Part shown: piece by piece, positions 1 through 9,160 of the stretch
How the letters are laid out: every line of letters begins with the position of its first letter
Numbering within the stretch: the stretch's first letter is position 1
From: Bacteroidota bacterium
GTDB taxonomy: Bacteria > Bacteroidota > Ignavibacteria > UBA10030
Length of the DNA: 35,999 bases
NCBI GenBank assembly: GCA_003519375.1
Contig: DOWV01000400.1
Span: 11,054 to 47,052 of the forward strand
Reading direction: 5' to 3'
The notes under the pieces: generated by a model
Told to the model about the DNA's origin: nothing
The model's database searches: none
What the model saw: the letters and a program-made list of their open reading frames with translations, nothing else
Made by a program: the position numbers and the translations under genes

Positions 1-3000
1 CATACGCGCATCGTCGCAACACGGGCCGGCTTCGGCAACGATACAGCCGCCATTACGCTGATCCCCGGAATCGACACGACGATCGCACTGCGTGTCAAAG
101 CCGACAGCGCGAGCCCGTCGGGTACGACGTCATCGAACGGCGCAGCCAACATCGTGCTCATCTCGATGAGCACCGACAACGTCTCGATTCGAGGAACGGG
201 CGCCAACGAAACGACCGTCCTGCTCTTTGAGGTGCGTGACTCTCTGGGCGTTCCCATCGGCGGGGTGAACAAATTGAAAGTGGACTTCGCGATCCTTGGC
301 GGACCGGGAGGCGAGGAATACGTGTTCCCGGTTTCCGGCGAAACAGACCTGTTGACGGGGCGTGTCGGTACCCGGGTGACTGCCGGCAAGAAGGCCGGTG
401 TGCTCCAGGTAGTGGCTTCAGGAACCGTGCCTGGCACGACCAAGGTCATCAAGTCAAGCCCGGTGAAAATAACGATCTCCGGCGGATTACCGGTGGCGGA
501 GAGATTCTCTCTGAGCCGCCTGCCGATGAACATTGCCGGCGGTGTGTATGACAATCTCCGTGCGTCGATCATGGTGATAGTCGGAGACAAGGAAGGGAAT
601 CCGGTTCAGGCCGGGACGGCCGTGTCATTCACCACGACGGGCGGCATCATTCAGCCGAACGCGGTTACGGACAAAGATGGCATCGCGACGGTAGCGTTAA
701 TTTCAGGTAACCCGCGTCCGGAGAATTCCGTTGCCATCGTCACGGCAAAGACAATCGGTGACAGCGGCGTCGTGATCCAGAAGAGCATCGCGGTTCTGTT
801 CTCCGGTCCGACGCGTATCCTTACTCCTTCAACCACGGTGGTTGTCCCCGATAGCGGAACGGCGACTTTCGAGTACAGGGTTCAAGACCCGAATGGATTC
901 CCGCTGGTGGCCGGCACATCCATCGCACTCACGGTCGAAGGTCCGGGTGCAGACGAGCTGACGCTCTTCGGCGATGTTACAAAGACACTTGAAGACAGCA
1001 ACGATCCAAGCACGACGTTATTCAAGGCTACGGTGCGCGACAAGAAACTCAAAGGGGCGAATGGAAGCATCACGTTCAAGATTGCTGTCAATAGTCCGAA
1101 TGGAAACTTCTCCACGACGTTCCCGGGATTCGTACTGGCAGATACCAACGCCGTGCCGCCGATCTTTGGCCCGTCGACGTCCCAGTCAGGATATGCCTCA
1201 AGCCTCACGCTGTTGGGAGTGTCTGCTCAGGAAATCTCCGTGACGGGAACTGGAGCAGTTGAGACTACCAGACTTACGTTTGTCGCGAAGGATTCTGTTG
1301 GGACAGCAGTTGAGATTCGAAAGCGCGCGTATGTGACTTTCTCCATAACACCGAGCGGTGGGATCGGTGGCGGGGAATTCCTCTTCCCAACGGCGGACTC
1401 GACGGATGCCTCCGGGCAGGTTTCGACGACGTTCAATGCGGGGAATCGGGCGGGCGTTGTTCAGATTGTGGCGCGCGCGAACGTCTCGGGCCGGATCATA
1501 CAATCTACACCAGTCAGACTGACGATCTTTGGAGGGCTTCCGGACTTGGCTCACTTTACTGCGAGCCTGAGTCGTGTTAACATGTCAGGTTGGCGAGAAG
1601 AGCCCGGCACGGTGGGAACTGTGTCCGTGCAAGTTGGTGACAAGTTTGGCAACCCGGTACAGCCTGGAACGGCCCTTTACTTTACCACCACCGGTGGATT
1701 GGTTCAGGCGTCGGCTCGGACCGATGCCCTAGGTGGCGCGACAGTCGGATTGATGGGGGGAAATCCATTCCCTAGCGATGGCGGCCTCGCGGGCATGGGC
1801 CATGTGACTGTCCATACAGTGGGCGAGGGAGGCGTATCGATTCAGAAGGATATTCCATTCCTCTTCTCCGGTGCTCCGCGAGTTGCTCTTTCGAATGTGC
1901 CGAACGATACAGTGAAAATTTTCGACGGCGCGTCCTTTGATGTCGACTATGTTGTTGCTGACGTCAACGGCAATCCCCTCTCACAGGGTCACACGATTTC
2001 CGTAACTGCATCAGGACAGGGTGCCGGCGGGTTGTTGCTGAGCGGCGATGTCAATGTGCTAACACCGGATACACAGGATAAGACAAACTTTACTCGGTAC
2101 CGCTTCCGCATTGCGGACAACGTGAGTAACGGCGGCCCGAGCGGCGAGTTTGCCATATCAGTGACGGTGAGCGGAGAGTCGGGGACCATTGTGCGCAAGT
2201 TCTATGGAATCCTTTATTCACCTCAGGTCTCGACTACCGTTCCACCTTCGGCTCGAAGACCCGCTCAAATCGCTTTCCTGGGAATCACGAACTCGGATCT
2301 CTATGTTGCCGGTGTCGGCAACGTGGAAAACGCCGTGATTACGTATGAGGTTCGGGATTCGCTGGGTGTGCCGATCGACAGGTCACAGAAAGCGTACGCG
2401 CAGTACGGACTAGTTTTCGAGCCGAATGGATTTACCGGCGGTGGCACCCGACCCCTCGTAATTCCGGGCGCTGACAGTACAGACGACTCCGGCAAGCTAC
2501 GTGCCTCCATCGTAAGCGGGACACAGGCTGGCGTGGTGACGATTGTTACGAGAATCGCTTTGGCCGGCGGGATTACTATTCAGTCGCAGCCTGTGAAATT
2601 GACTGTCCATGCGGGTTTTGCTGACCAAGCACATTTTACTTTGATTCCAAGCAGATATTCCTTTGGGACCGTTTCATCTTCAAGCGGAATCGGTTTCTCA
2701 GTCGCTGTGGGTGATACTTTTAGCAACCCTGTCCAAACAAACACGGCTATCTACTTTAACTCACAAGCCGGCATCATGACGACTGGAACTACATCGGGAG
2801 GCACTTATACAGACAGACAGGGATTGGCTTCGGCATCTCTCCTCACAGTGAATCCGAGGCCCTCAGCCGTTCCTTATACGTATGTCCCCACGCCAACAGA
2901 TCCATACTACTCAGAAATGGGAGGCGTTGTCGGCGTCAGCAACCCCCGTAAAGGATACTTCTGGGTTTGGGCAACGACTCAGGGACGATCCGGGAAGAGG

Positions 3001-3429
3001 GTTGGAGACAGCGTTTTGGTTTGTTGGAACCAAGGGTCCATTGTCGTCACCGGCTTGCCCCCGGCGGCCACGGTGATCGTTCCAAGTCACCTTAGTTCAG
3101 CTCCGATATCATTTTCAGTGACGGATGGAAACGGAAACCCGCTCTGCGTCGGAACGACGATTACACCAACCATAAGGTATACCACGGATGTTTCAGGAGT
3201 CGCATTCAGCGTGTCGGGTGCATACTTCACAACAAACAGCCCGTTTACTATGGACAATTCGCCAGGTTCGAGGTTCCCGGGAGCTGGTACTACCGACTTC
3301 ACGTTCACTGTGAACGATCTGTCTGTGCCATCCGCGAACACCGTTGGGCAAGGCCTGACGGTCGAGTTGGTAATCACTTCGCCGGATTTCGGGCAGAGAA
3401 ACATAAGCTTCAACTGCGTTGTGCAATAG
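1..3429 (+). CDS. Giant secreted/surface repeat protein built from bacterial Ig-like (invasin/intimin Big-type) domains; 5' end lies upstream of the window
   Basis: Frame +1 is open from nt 1, with no stop before the GTG at 154 used by the ORF track; TAG stop at 3427-3429. Three tandem ~350-aa super-repeats are anchored by SIRGTGANETT (nt ~184), SVTGTGAVETT (~1237) and YVAGVGNVENA (~2303). They also share GDKEGNPVQAGTAVSFTTTGG / GDKFGNPVQPGTALYFTTTGG / GDTFSNPVQTNTAIYFNSQAG, a pattern I associate with Big_1-type domains. The family call is from memory, not a search. Confidence 0.7.
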   Translation, partial: HTRIVATRAGFGNDTAAITLIPGIDTTIALRVKADSASPSGTTSSNGAANIVLISMSTDNVSIRGTGANETTVLLFEVRDSLGVPIGGVNKLKVDFAILGGPGGEEYVFPVSGETDLLTGRVGTRVTAGKKAGVLQVVASGTVPGTTKVIKSSPVKITISGGLPVAERFSLSRLPMNIAGGVYDNLRASIMVIVGDKEGNPVQAGTAVSFTTTGGIIQPNAVTDKDGIATVALISGNPRPENSVAIVTAKTIGDSGVVIQKSIAVLFSGPTRILTPSTTVVVPDSGTATFEYRVQDPNGFPLVAGTSIALTVEGPGADELTLFGDVTKTLEDSNDPSTTLFKATVRDKKLKGANGSITFKIAVNSPNGNFSTTFPGFVLADTNAVPPIFGPSTSQSGYASSLTLLGVSAQEISVTGTGAVETTRLTFVAKDSVGTAVEIRKRAYVTFSITPSGGIGGGEFLFPTADSTDASGQVSTTFNAGNRAGVVQIVARANVSGRIIQSTPVRLTIFGGLPDLAHFTASLSRVNMSGWREEPGTVGTVSVQVGDKFGNPVQPGTALYFTTTGGLVQASARTDALGGATVGLMGGNPFPSDGGLAGMGHVTVHTVGEGGVSIQKDIPFLFSGAPRVALSNVPNDTVKIFDGASFDVDYVVADVNGNPLSQGHTISVTASGQGAGGLLLSGDVNVLTPDTQDKTNFTRYRFRIADNVSNGGPSGEFAISVTVSGESGTIVRKFYGILYSPQVSTTVPPSARRPAQIAFLGITNSDLYVAGVGNVENAVITYEVRDSLGVPIDRSQKAYAQYGLVFEPNGFTGGGTRPLVIPGADSTDDSGKLRASIVSGTQAGVVTIVTRIALAGGITIQSQPVKLTVHAGFADQAHFTLIPSRYSFGTVSSSSGIGFSVAVGDTFSNPVQTNTAIYFNSQAGIMTTGTTSGGTYTDRQGLASASLLTVNPRPSAVPYTYVPTPTDPYYSEMGGVVGVSNPRKGYFWVWATTQGRSGKRVGDSVLVCWNQGSIVVTGLPPAATVIVPSHLSSAPISFSVTDGNGNPLCVGTTITPTIRYTTDVSGVAFSVSGAYFTTNSPFTMDNSPGSRFPGAGTTDFTFTVNDLSVPSANTVGQGLTVELVITSPDFGQRNISFNCVVQ

Positions 3430-3451
3430 ATTCTGGGTTTCTACAAAAGCG

Positions 3452-3495
3452 ACTCCGTCCTTCGCCTCGAGCGGGGGACGGAGTTTCTGTTTCTG
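3452..3495 (+). terminator. Hairpin plus T-rich tail downstream of the repeat-protein gene (putative rho-independent terminator)
   Basis: Inverted repeat ACTCCGTCC (3452-3460) / GGACGGAGT (3476-3484), followed by TTCTGTTTCT. It lies in the spacer between convergent genes. Confidence 0.45.
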
Positions 3496-3520
3496 GTGAG
3501 GCTTGAAAAAGCTCTTGATT

Positions 3521-3614
3521 TTACACAGAGTGCCACAGAGGATTACGGAGTTCCACAGAGATAATGCCCTCCGTGTCTCTCTGTGTTACGTTTTTGATTT
3601 ACGTAAGATTACGC
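3521..3614. repeat. Cluster of short repeats (CACAGAG x3 direct plus one inverted copy; GATTACG-like x3) in a convergent intergenic spacer
   Basis: CACAGAG occurs at 3524-3530, 3534-3540 and 3554-3560. The inverted copy CTCTGTG is at 3579-3585 and can pair with the third copy. GATTACG is at 3541-3547 and 3607-3613; GATTTACG is at 3596-3603. Confidence 0.55.
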
Positions 3615-3623
3615 GAGGGCGCT

Positions 3624-4607
3624 TTAGAGAAGGCCGTGCGTTTTGTACCACTCGAATGTGTTTACGACGGCCTGTCGGAAGGGGATGGAGGAGTAGCCAA
3701 GCTCTGACTTAGCTTTCATGCAGCTGAAGTGATAGCGGAAGCGGCCCCCTGCGAACAATTCCCTCGTAACCCACGGTTTCTTGTTCAGGAGAGCTCCGAT
3801 TGATTCGGAGGCAAGGGCGAGCGCCGTCACGGCAGTCGACGGCATGCGAAACAGAGGTTTGATGCCTCCGACGACCTCGGCAATTGTGGAGATAATCTGA
3901 CGATGGGAGAGACTCTCACCGCTCAGGATGTATCGTTCTCCGGTTCGTCCAAGTTTTGCAGCAAGGAGGTGCCCACGAACGACATCACCGACGTAGACTA
4001 CGCTCATCCCGCCGCTGACATAGTAGAAGATCCGCCTATGGTAGATGTCCCTGATCAACTGGCCCCCATGGAAATGGATGTCGCGGGGTCCTATCACGAC
4101 AGAGGGATTGACCATGACGGCGTCCAGTCCAAGCTTGACGCCCCGCGCGATTTCCTGCTCTGCCGCCCATTTGGTGTTCCGGTATCCTATGTCGTAGGGT
4201 TCCCAGTTGAACTGCGTGTTCTCATCTGCGGTCATCTCGTGTCCGGGGAATCCGATCGCGGCAACGGAGCTCGTGTGTACCAGCCTTCGTACTCCTGACC
4301 TCAGGCACGCATCGACGACGTTTCGCGTCCCCCCCACATTGACTGCTTCCATCAACGGTCGTTCCTTCTTCCAATGGGAAATGATCGCGGCGGCGTGGAA
4401 CACAGTATCGCAACCCTTCACCGCTTTCAGGACCGCTTCGGCATCGCGCACGTCGCCGAAACACGACTCCACTTCAAGGCCTTCCAGAGCGCGTAAGTCA
4501 GACTCTTTGCGGCGCAGGACCTTTACGGAGCAGCCCTCCCTCAGCAAGACTTCAACAAGGTTGGACCCGATGAAGCCGGTGCCCCCAGTGACCAACACGT
4601 TCTTCAT
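3624..4607 (-). CDS. NAD-dependent epimerase/dehydratase (extended SDR; HpnA / dihydroflavonol-reductase-like)
   Basis: 327-aa ORF with the Rossmann motif VTGGTGFIGSNLV and YxxxK (YRNTKWAAE). Its ATG overlaps the stop of the upstream gene (ATGA at 4604-4607). Confidence 0.85.
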   Translation of the reverse strand: MKNVLVTGGTGFIGSNLVEVLLREGCSVKVLRRKESDLRALEGLEVESCFGDVRDAEAVLKAVKGCDTVFHAAAIISHWKKERPLMEAVNVGGTRNVVDACLRSGVRRLVHTSSVAAIGFPGHEMTADENTQFNWEPYDIGYRNTKWAAEQEIARGVKLGLDAVMVNPSVVIGPRDIHFHGGQLIRDIYHRRIFYYVSGGMSVVYVGDVVRGHLLAAKLGRTGERYILSGESLSHRQIISTIAEVVGGIKPLFRMPSTAVTALALASESIGALLNKKPWVTRELFAGGRFRYHFSCMKAKSELGYSSIPFRQAVVNTFEWYKTHGLL

Positions 4608-5320
4608 CGAGCTCCTCTCAGCAGAAGCGCGCGTGCCCGGGTGAATATCGCATCCAGCATCGACTCGGTGAGCCTTCCCGTAAACGTGTTCTGCTGGCTC
4701 GGATGAAAAGATCCGATCAGGATGAGACCGCCCTTACACTCGTATTCAACTCCATGGCTAAACCTCGGTCGGCGAACAAAATCGGCCATCCCGAGTTCAC
4801 GCAGGGAGACGACAGCCGAATCAAATCCGACTTTCCCCAGACCCACAATGACCCTGACTCGCTCCAGGCAGCGCAGCTCTGCGAGAAGATAGGGGCGGCA
4901 GTTGGCAAGCTCCTGCGGCAAAAGCTTGTTGAGGGGCGGAGCACATCTGCAGCTCGCCGTGATGTAGCAGTCCTTCAGTTTCATTCCGTCCTGACGTGAG
5001 ATGGACTCCGGCTGATTGGCAAAGCCCGCCTTGTACAAGGCGCGGTAGAGCCAGTCGCCGCTTCGGTCGCCTGTAAACATCCTGCCGGTCCGGTTGCCGC
5101 CGTGCGCTGCAGGAGCGAGGCCGATCAGAAGCAGGCTTGCGTTCGGATCGCCAAAACTGGGATTTGGTTTCCCCCAATACTTCCAATCGGCAAACCTCTT
5201 CGTCTTCTCACGGGCGACCTGCTCGCGCCAGCGAACCAGGCGGGGGCAGCGCCGGCATCCGATGACCTTCTTTTGGATTGTATCGAGTTTCTCAGCTAAT
5301 GGGCGACGGGTCTCTGACAT
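4604..5320 (-). CDS. Fe-S uracil-DNA glycosylase, family 4/5 type (UdgB-like GLAPA motif)
   Basis: LLLIGLAPAAHGGNRTGRMFTGD and GSFHPSQQNTFTGR match my memory of family-5 UDG motifs, and an N-terminal CRRCPRL cysteine cluster is present. The ORF-track start is GTG 5395; I prefer ATG 5320 (MSETRRPLAEKL). The start is uncertain. Confidence 0.7.
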   Translation of the reverse strand: MSETRRPLAEKLDTIQKKVIGCRRCPRLVRWREQVAREKTKRFADWKYWGKPNPSFGDPNASLLLIGLAPAAHGGNRTGRMFTGDRSGDWLYRALYKAGFANQPESISRQDGMKLKDCYITASCRCAPPLNKLLPQELANCRPYLLAELRCLERVRVIVGLGKVGFDSAVVSLRELGMADFVRRPRFSHGVEYECKGGLILIGSFHPSQQNTFTGRLTESMLDAIFTRARALLLRGAR

Positions 5321-5411
5321 GATGTTGGTTGGCCGCGGAGGCGCCCCGGACAAAGCAAGCCGGCTCGTTGTCAGCTTGCTTTGAAGGTGCCTCACCGTTG
5401 GAAGGTCGCGC

Positions 5412-6209
5412 CTATTTCAGTCGGTTGAGAAAATCGATGAGGTGCCGGTTGAACTCACCGGGATTTTCCAGGTTGCTCATATGCCCCGCCGCCGGAATGA
5501 CATGAAGCTCCGCATTCGGAATCTGGCGCTGAAGAGCTTCGGAGGCAGCGGGTGGGGTCAGCGCGTCATGCTCGCCGACGAGCAAAAGTGTGGGGACCTT
5601 GATCCGGGGGAGGACGGCGGTGGTATCTGTCCGCATCCCAAGCGCGAGTGCTGCGCCGCTTATTCCGATCGGTGAGTTTTCCCGTATCGCAATCTTGATC
5701 GCCTCTACCGCGTCCGGATGCGTCTGAAATGATTGAGGTGCAAAAACAAGTTTTGCGAAATCCTCGGCAAACTGCGCGACGCCTGCCGTTTTCACTGAAC
5801 GGACAGTGCCGGCTCGCTTCACTCTGGCTTCATTCGCATCTCCTTCGCTCTTTGTGTCGCACAGAACGAGAGCGCGTATCCTCTCGGGAAATCTCTCATA
5901 CGCGCGGAGGGCGATGTAACCACCCATCGAGAGTCCGCAGAGGATCGCTTTATCGATGACGAGGTGGTCGAGAAGGCCGAGCAGGTCGTCCACGAAGAAT
6001 TCGAGGGAATACTGCCCGTCTCCCACGGCACTCTCCCCGTGACCTCGTATGTCATACGTGATGGCCCGATAGTGATTTGGCAACGCCTTCATCTGAGGAT
6101 CCCACATCATGTGATTGAACGGGAAGCCATGGATAAAGACGATCGGGACGCCTTGAGGAAGTCCCCGCTCCATGTAGCTCATTGAGTGGTTGTTGATCGT
6201 AATTTTCAT
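5412..6209 (-). CDS. Alpha/beta-fold hydrolase (enol-lactonase/esterase-like)
   Basis: Contains VFIHGFPFNHMMW (HG oxyanion motif), the nucleophile elbow GLSMGG and a C-terminal catalytic-His context AAGHMSNLE. Confidence 0.85.
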   Translation of the reverse strand: MKITINNHSMSYMERGLPQGVPIVFIHGFPFNHMMWDPQMKALPNHYRAITYDIRGHGESAVGDGQYSLEFFVDDLLGLLDHLVIDKAILCGLSMGGYIALRAYERFPERIRALVLCDTKSEGDANEARVKRAGTVRSVKTAGVAQFAEDFAKLVFAPQSFQTHPDAVEAIKIAIRENSPIGISGAALALGMRTDTTAVLPRIKVPTLLLVGEHDALTPPAASEALQRQIPNAELHVIPAAGHMSNLENPGEFNRHLIDFLNRLK

Positions 6210-6233
6210 GATGACTCCGCTTCGTTGATGTGG

Positions 6234-7385
6234 TTATGATGGCCTGAGATATCGATGGACAACATCCTGAATAATTGTCTCTGCAGCGTGCGGCTTCGAA
6301 AGCGCCAGCGCCCGTTCGCGCATGAAAGCGAGATGCCCCGGGTCTTCAATCGTCTGTCTGAGTTTGAAGACAAGGTTGTGATAATCATGCGCAAGCACTC
6401 CTGCTCCCCGTTCGACAATCATGTTGGCGTTCCTCATCTCCTGGCCGGGAATGGGGTCGACGATGATCATCGGTAGTCCCTTTGCCATCGCTTCTGAAGA
6501 TGTGAGTCCGCCCGACTTGGAAACCAGGACGTCCGCGGCATCCATGAGCTCATGCACGTTTGAAACGTACCCAAGGACGATCGCGTGAATATTGGGCGGA
6601 AGCGTTCTGTTTTCCAGATCATTGCGCAGGACTTCGTTCCGGCCGCAAACTGCTATAAGATTAAACGCCTGAGATGTAAACGTTCCGAGGAGGTCAACCA
6701 CGCCGCCTGTGATCTCCTGAACACGCCCGACGCCGAATCCGCCGGAGAGGATCATGACGGTGAATCTGTTTGTCGGCAGCTCCACCCGCCCGCGGGCAGC
6801 GCTTTTTTCGCTTCGTTGAGAGAAGCCGGCACTCACCGGAATTCCCGTGACGCCGATAATGGCCGGATCGATGCCCTTCGACGCCAGCTGCCAGGCCGTT
6901 TCTGCATCGTGGACAAAGTATCGTCTCACGAGCTTGTCGATCCACAATTGGTGTACATCGAAATCGGTCGTTGCCGCGACAAACGGTGCCCGCAGAGCTT
7001 CCTTCACAAGGTCGCGCTCTGAAAGCGAGACGTAAGGAAGGAAATGAGTACAGAGGATCAGGTCGGGATCTAAAGAGCGGAGAGCTTTGAGATAACGATT
7101 GTAATTGAAATGGTCGAAGATCCTCAGAAGGCCCTTTTTCGAGTAGGGTTTCTTTTCAGTATGCGAGTAAAAGTATCCCCAGATCTCAGGCGTCGAATTG
7201 ACCATCGCGAGGTATGACCCGCCGTATAAGCGCTTGAATGCCTTCGAGGTGAAGTCGAGGCAGTCATAGTGCGCAGCGCGCAGGGGAATGGGACTGTTCC
7301 GGGCAGCTTCGAGGAGAGCTTCTGCTGCGCGGTGGTGCCCGGCGCCGCCTGAAGTTGAGAGAATTAAGAGGGATGGTTTATTCAT
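6234..7385 (-). CDS. GT28-type glycosyltransferase, MGDG-synthase / diacylglycerol glycosyltransferase-like
   Basis: N-terminal LILSTSGGAGHHRAAEAL and C-terminal SKSGGLTSSEAMAKGLPMI fit the MGDG_synth + GT-B layout. ATG 7385 (MNKPSLL) is preferred over the ORF-track start at 7418. Confidence 0.7.
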   Translation of the reverse strand: MNKPSLLILSTSGGAGHHRAAEALLEAARNSPIPLRAAHYDCLDFTSKAFKRLYGGSYLAMVNSTPEIWGYFYSHTEKKPYSKKGLLRIFDHFNYNRYLKALRSLDPDLILCTHFLPYVSLSERDLVKEALRAPFVAATTDFDVHQLWIDKLVRRYFVHDAETAWQLASKGIDPAIIGVTGIPVSAGFSQRSEKSAARGRVELPTNRFTVMILSGGFGVGRVQEITGGVVDLLGTFTSQAFNLIAVCGRNEVLRNDLENRTLPPNIHAIVLGYVSNVHELMDAADVLVSKSGGLTSSEAMAKGLPMIIVDPIPGQEMRNANMIVERGAGVLAHDYHNLVFKLRQTIEDPGHLAFMRERALALSKPHAAETIIQDVVHRYLRPS

Positions 7386-7434
7386 GCCAGCGGAAATGTC
7401 TCCGGTCCTCCACCGCAATCAACATAACATCGGC

Positions 7435-8721
7435 TTACCGCTTGTCAAGAGGAACCCAGCTCCGGCCTCGTTCGCCGACGTAAAGCTGCCGCGGGCGTGC
7501 AATCTTCTGCTCCGGGTCGAGGATGTGCTCCTGCCAGTGAGCGAGCCACCCTGCCGTCCGGGGAATAGCGAAGAGTACCGGGAAGAAATCGAGTGGGAAT
7601 CCCATCGCTTCGTAAATCAAGCCTGAATAGAAATCGACATTCGGATAGAGCTTGCGCTTGACGAAATACTCGTCTTCCAGAGCGATCCTCTCCAGCTCAA
7701 GAGCGATTTCAAGTTTCATGTTCTTGCCCGTGACCTCAAAAACTTCGTCTGCCAGAGTTTTGATGACCTTGGCTCTGGGATCGTAGTTCTTGTAAACGCG
7801 GTGTCCGAACCCCATGAGCTTGCGGCGACCTTCTTTGACATCCTTGATCACCGTCGGGATGTTCCTGACGGTGCCGATTTCGTCGAGCATGCGAAGGACC
7901 GCTTCGTTTGCGCCGCCGTGGAGAGGCCCCCAGAGTGCCGCGGCAGCGCCCGCGACCGCCGAGTAAGGATCGATATGCGAACTTCCGATGCTCCTCATCG
8001 TGTTCGTGCTGCAGTTTTGTTCATGGTCGGCATGGAGAATGAAGAGCACGGTCAAGGCATGTTCAAGAACAGGGTTGACCCTGTATTTCGATTCCCCGAT
8101 TTTGAACATCATGGTGAGGAAATTGCCCGCGTAACTCAGATCATCGCTCGGATAGACGTACGGCATGCCCTTGGAGTGCGTGTAGGCGAAGGCGGCAATC
8201 GTCGTGACCTTGCCGATCAGCCGGTGGATTTGTTTCATCCTCTTTGGCGCATCCATAATCTCTTTGGCATCCGGATAGAAGGTCGAGAGCGCCGCGATCA
8301 TGCTGATGAACATTCCCATGGGATTTGCATCATGGCGGAAGCCGGCCATGAGTTTCTTGATGTTCTCATGGACAAATGTGTGGCGCTTGATGTCCGATCG
8401 CCATTGGTCCAGCTGTGCGGGGGTCGGCAGCGCACCGTTGATCAGGAGGTAGGCCACCTCGAGAAATGAGGTCGATTTCTCGGCCAGCAGTTCTATGGGG
8501 TAACCACGATACTCAAGGATTCCGCGGTCTCCGTCGATATACGTGATTCGGCTCTTGACGGACGCTGTGTTCATGAAAGCGGGATCATAGCAAAGCATCC
8601 CGAATTCTTCTTCTTTCACCTTGATTTGGCGCAAGTCTGTAGCGCGAATCGATTCGTTCTCAATCGGAATGTCGAATTTCTTTCCAGTGCGATTGTCAAT
8701 AATGGTAAGCGTTTCGGACAT
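7435..8721 (-). CDS. gltA: Citrate synthase (type II, hexameric-type length), paralogue 1
   Basis: 428 aa. Catalytic motifs are LHADHEQNCST, GFGHRVYKNYDPRAK and PNVDFYSG. It is collinear with the second copy at 31259-32548. Confidence 0.95.
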   Translation of the reverse strand: MSETLTIIDNRTGKKFDIPIENESIRATDLRQIKVKEEEFGMLCYDPAFMNTASVKSRITYIDGDRGILEYRGYPIELLAEKSTSFLEVAYLLINGALPTPAQLDQWRSDIKRHTFVHENIKKLMAGFRHDANPMGMFISMIAALSTFYPDAKEIMDAPKRMKQIHRLIGKVTTIAAFAYTHSKGMPYVYPSDDLSYAGNFLTMMFKIGESKYRVNPVLEHALTVLFILHADHEQNCSTNTMRSIGSSHIDPYSAVAGAAAALWGPLHGGANEAVLRMLDEIGTVRNIPTVIKDVKEGRRKLMGFGHRVYKNYDPRAKVIKTLADEVFEVTGKNMKLEIALELERIALEDEYFVKRKLYPNVDFYSGLIYEAMGFPLDFFPVLFAIPRTAGWLAHWQEHILDPEQKIARPRQLYVGERGRSWVPLDKR

Positions 8722-9160
8722 GCTCGGATCCTTCTTCGGGAATAATTCCTGGCTCAGCGAAGAAACGAAAAAATGGCATCATCTTCCAGAAGAAAGACAA
8801 TTGGATTTGATATTGGATATCTTTTTACTCAAAATTGGCCACATCCCGTCGACTCACATCACGTGGGCGGGTGTTGCTTGTCTTGCATTAGACTTGTACG
8901 CTGAACGAAGTTTTTTCCCGCCTGACATGTGTCGGCAATTCATCAAAGATCGGCGCGGGGCATTTCATTCCCACTCCTGATTTCTCATTTATTCAATATG
9001 CCAAAATGCATCTCGTTATTCCCGATTGTGAGAATGTTCGACAAGAAATCGGTGGTTTTGCTCCATTTTTGAGCTATTTGTTGTGCATTTGGCTGGAATA
9101 GTTCTTGTCTTGAATAGACCGGCTGAAAATAAAATTCAAAGCAGAAAGGCACAATTGACG
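8722..9160. promoter_or_regulatory. Long (439 bp) AT-richer divergent control region between gltA and the PFOR gene
   Basis: No convincing ORF. Contains the direct repeat ATTGGAT at 8800-8806 and 8812-8818, CACGTGGGCGGGTGTTG at 8860-8876, TGTGAGAATGTTCGACA near 9028-9044, and CACAATTGAC at 9150-9159 just before the PFOR ATG. Promoters were not identified. Confidence 0.4.

Noticed and set aside
3503-3712. 69-aa plus-strand ORF (MKKLLILHRVPQRITEFHR...)
   Set aside because: It is the translation of the CACAGAG/GATTACG repeat cluster and then runs antisense into the epimerase gene. There is no RBS, and the composition is driven by the repeats.
8720-8980. 86-codon ORF (MLGSFFGNNSWL...) filling much of the gltA/nifJ divergent intergenic region, its ATG overlapping the gltA start codon on the other strand (CATG)
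   Set aside because: It has no RBS, uses AT-rich rare-looking codons (TTA, ATA, TTG) unlike neighbouring genes, and shows no recognisable motif. It would also bury the gltA promoter in coding sequence. It could be revisited if the ORF is conserved in relatives.
9083-9160. Upstream extension of the PFOR ORF (MHLAGIVLVLNRP...)
   Set aside because: It starts at a non-ATG codon in AT-rich leader sequence. PFOR homology begins just after ATG 9161 (..KMVTIDGNEAAAY).
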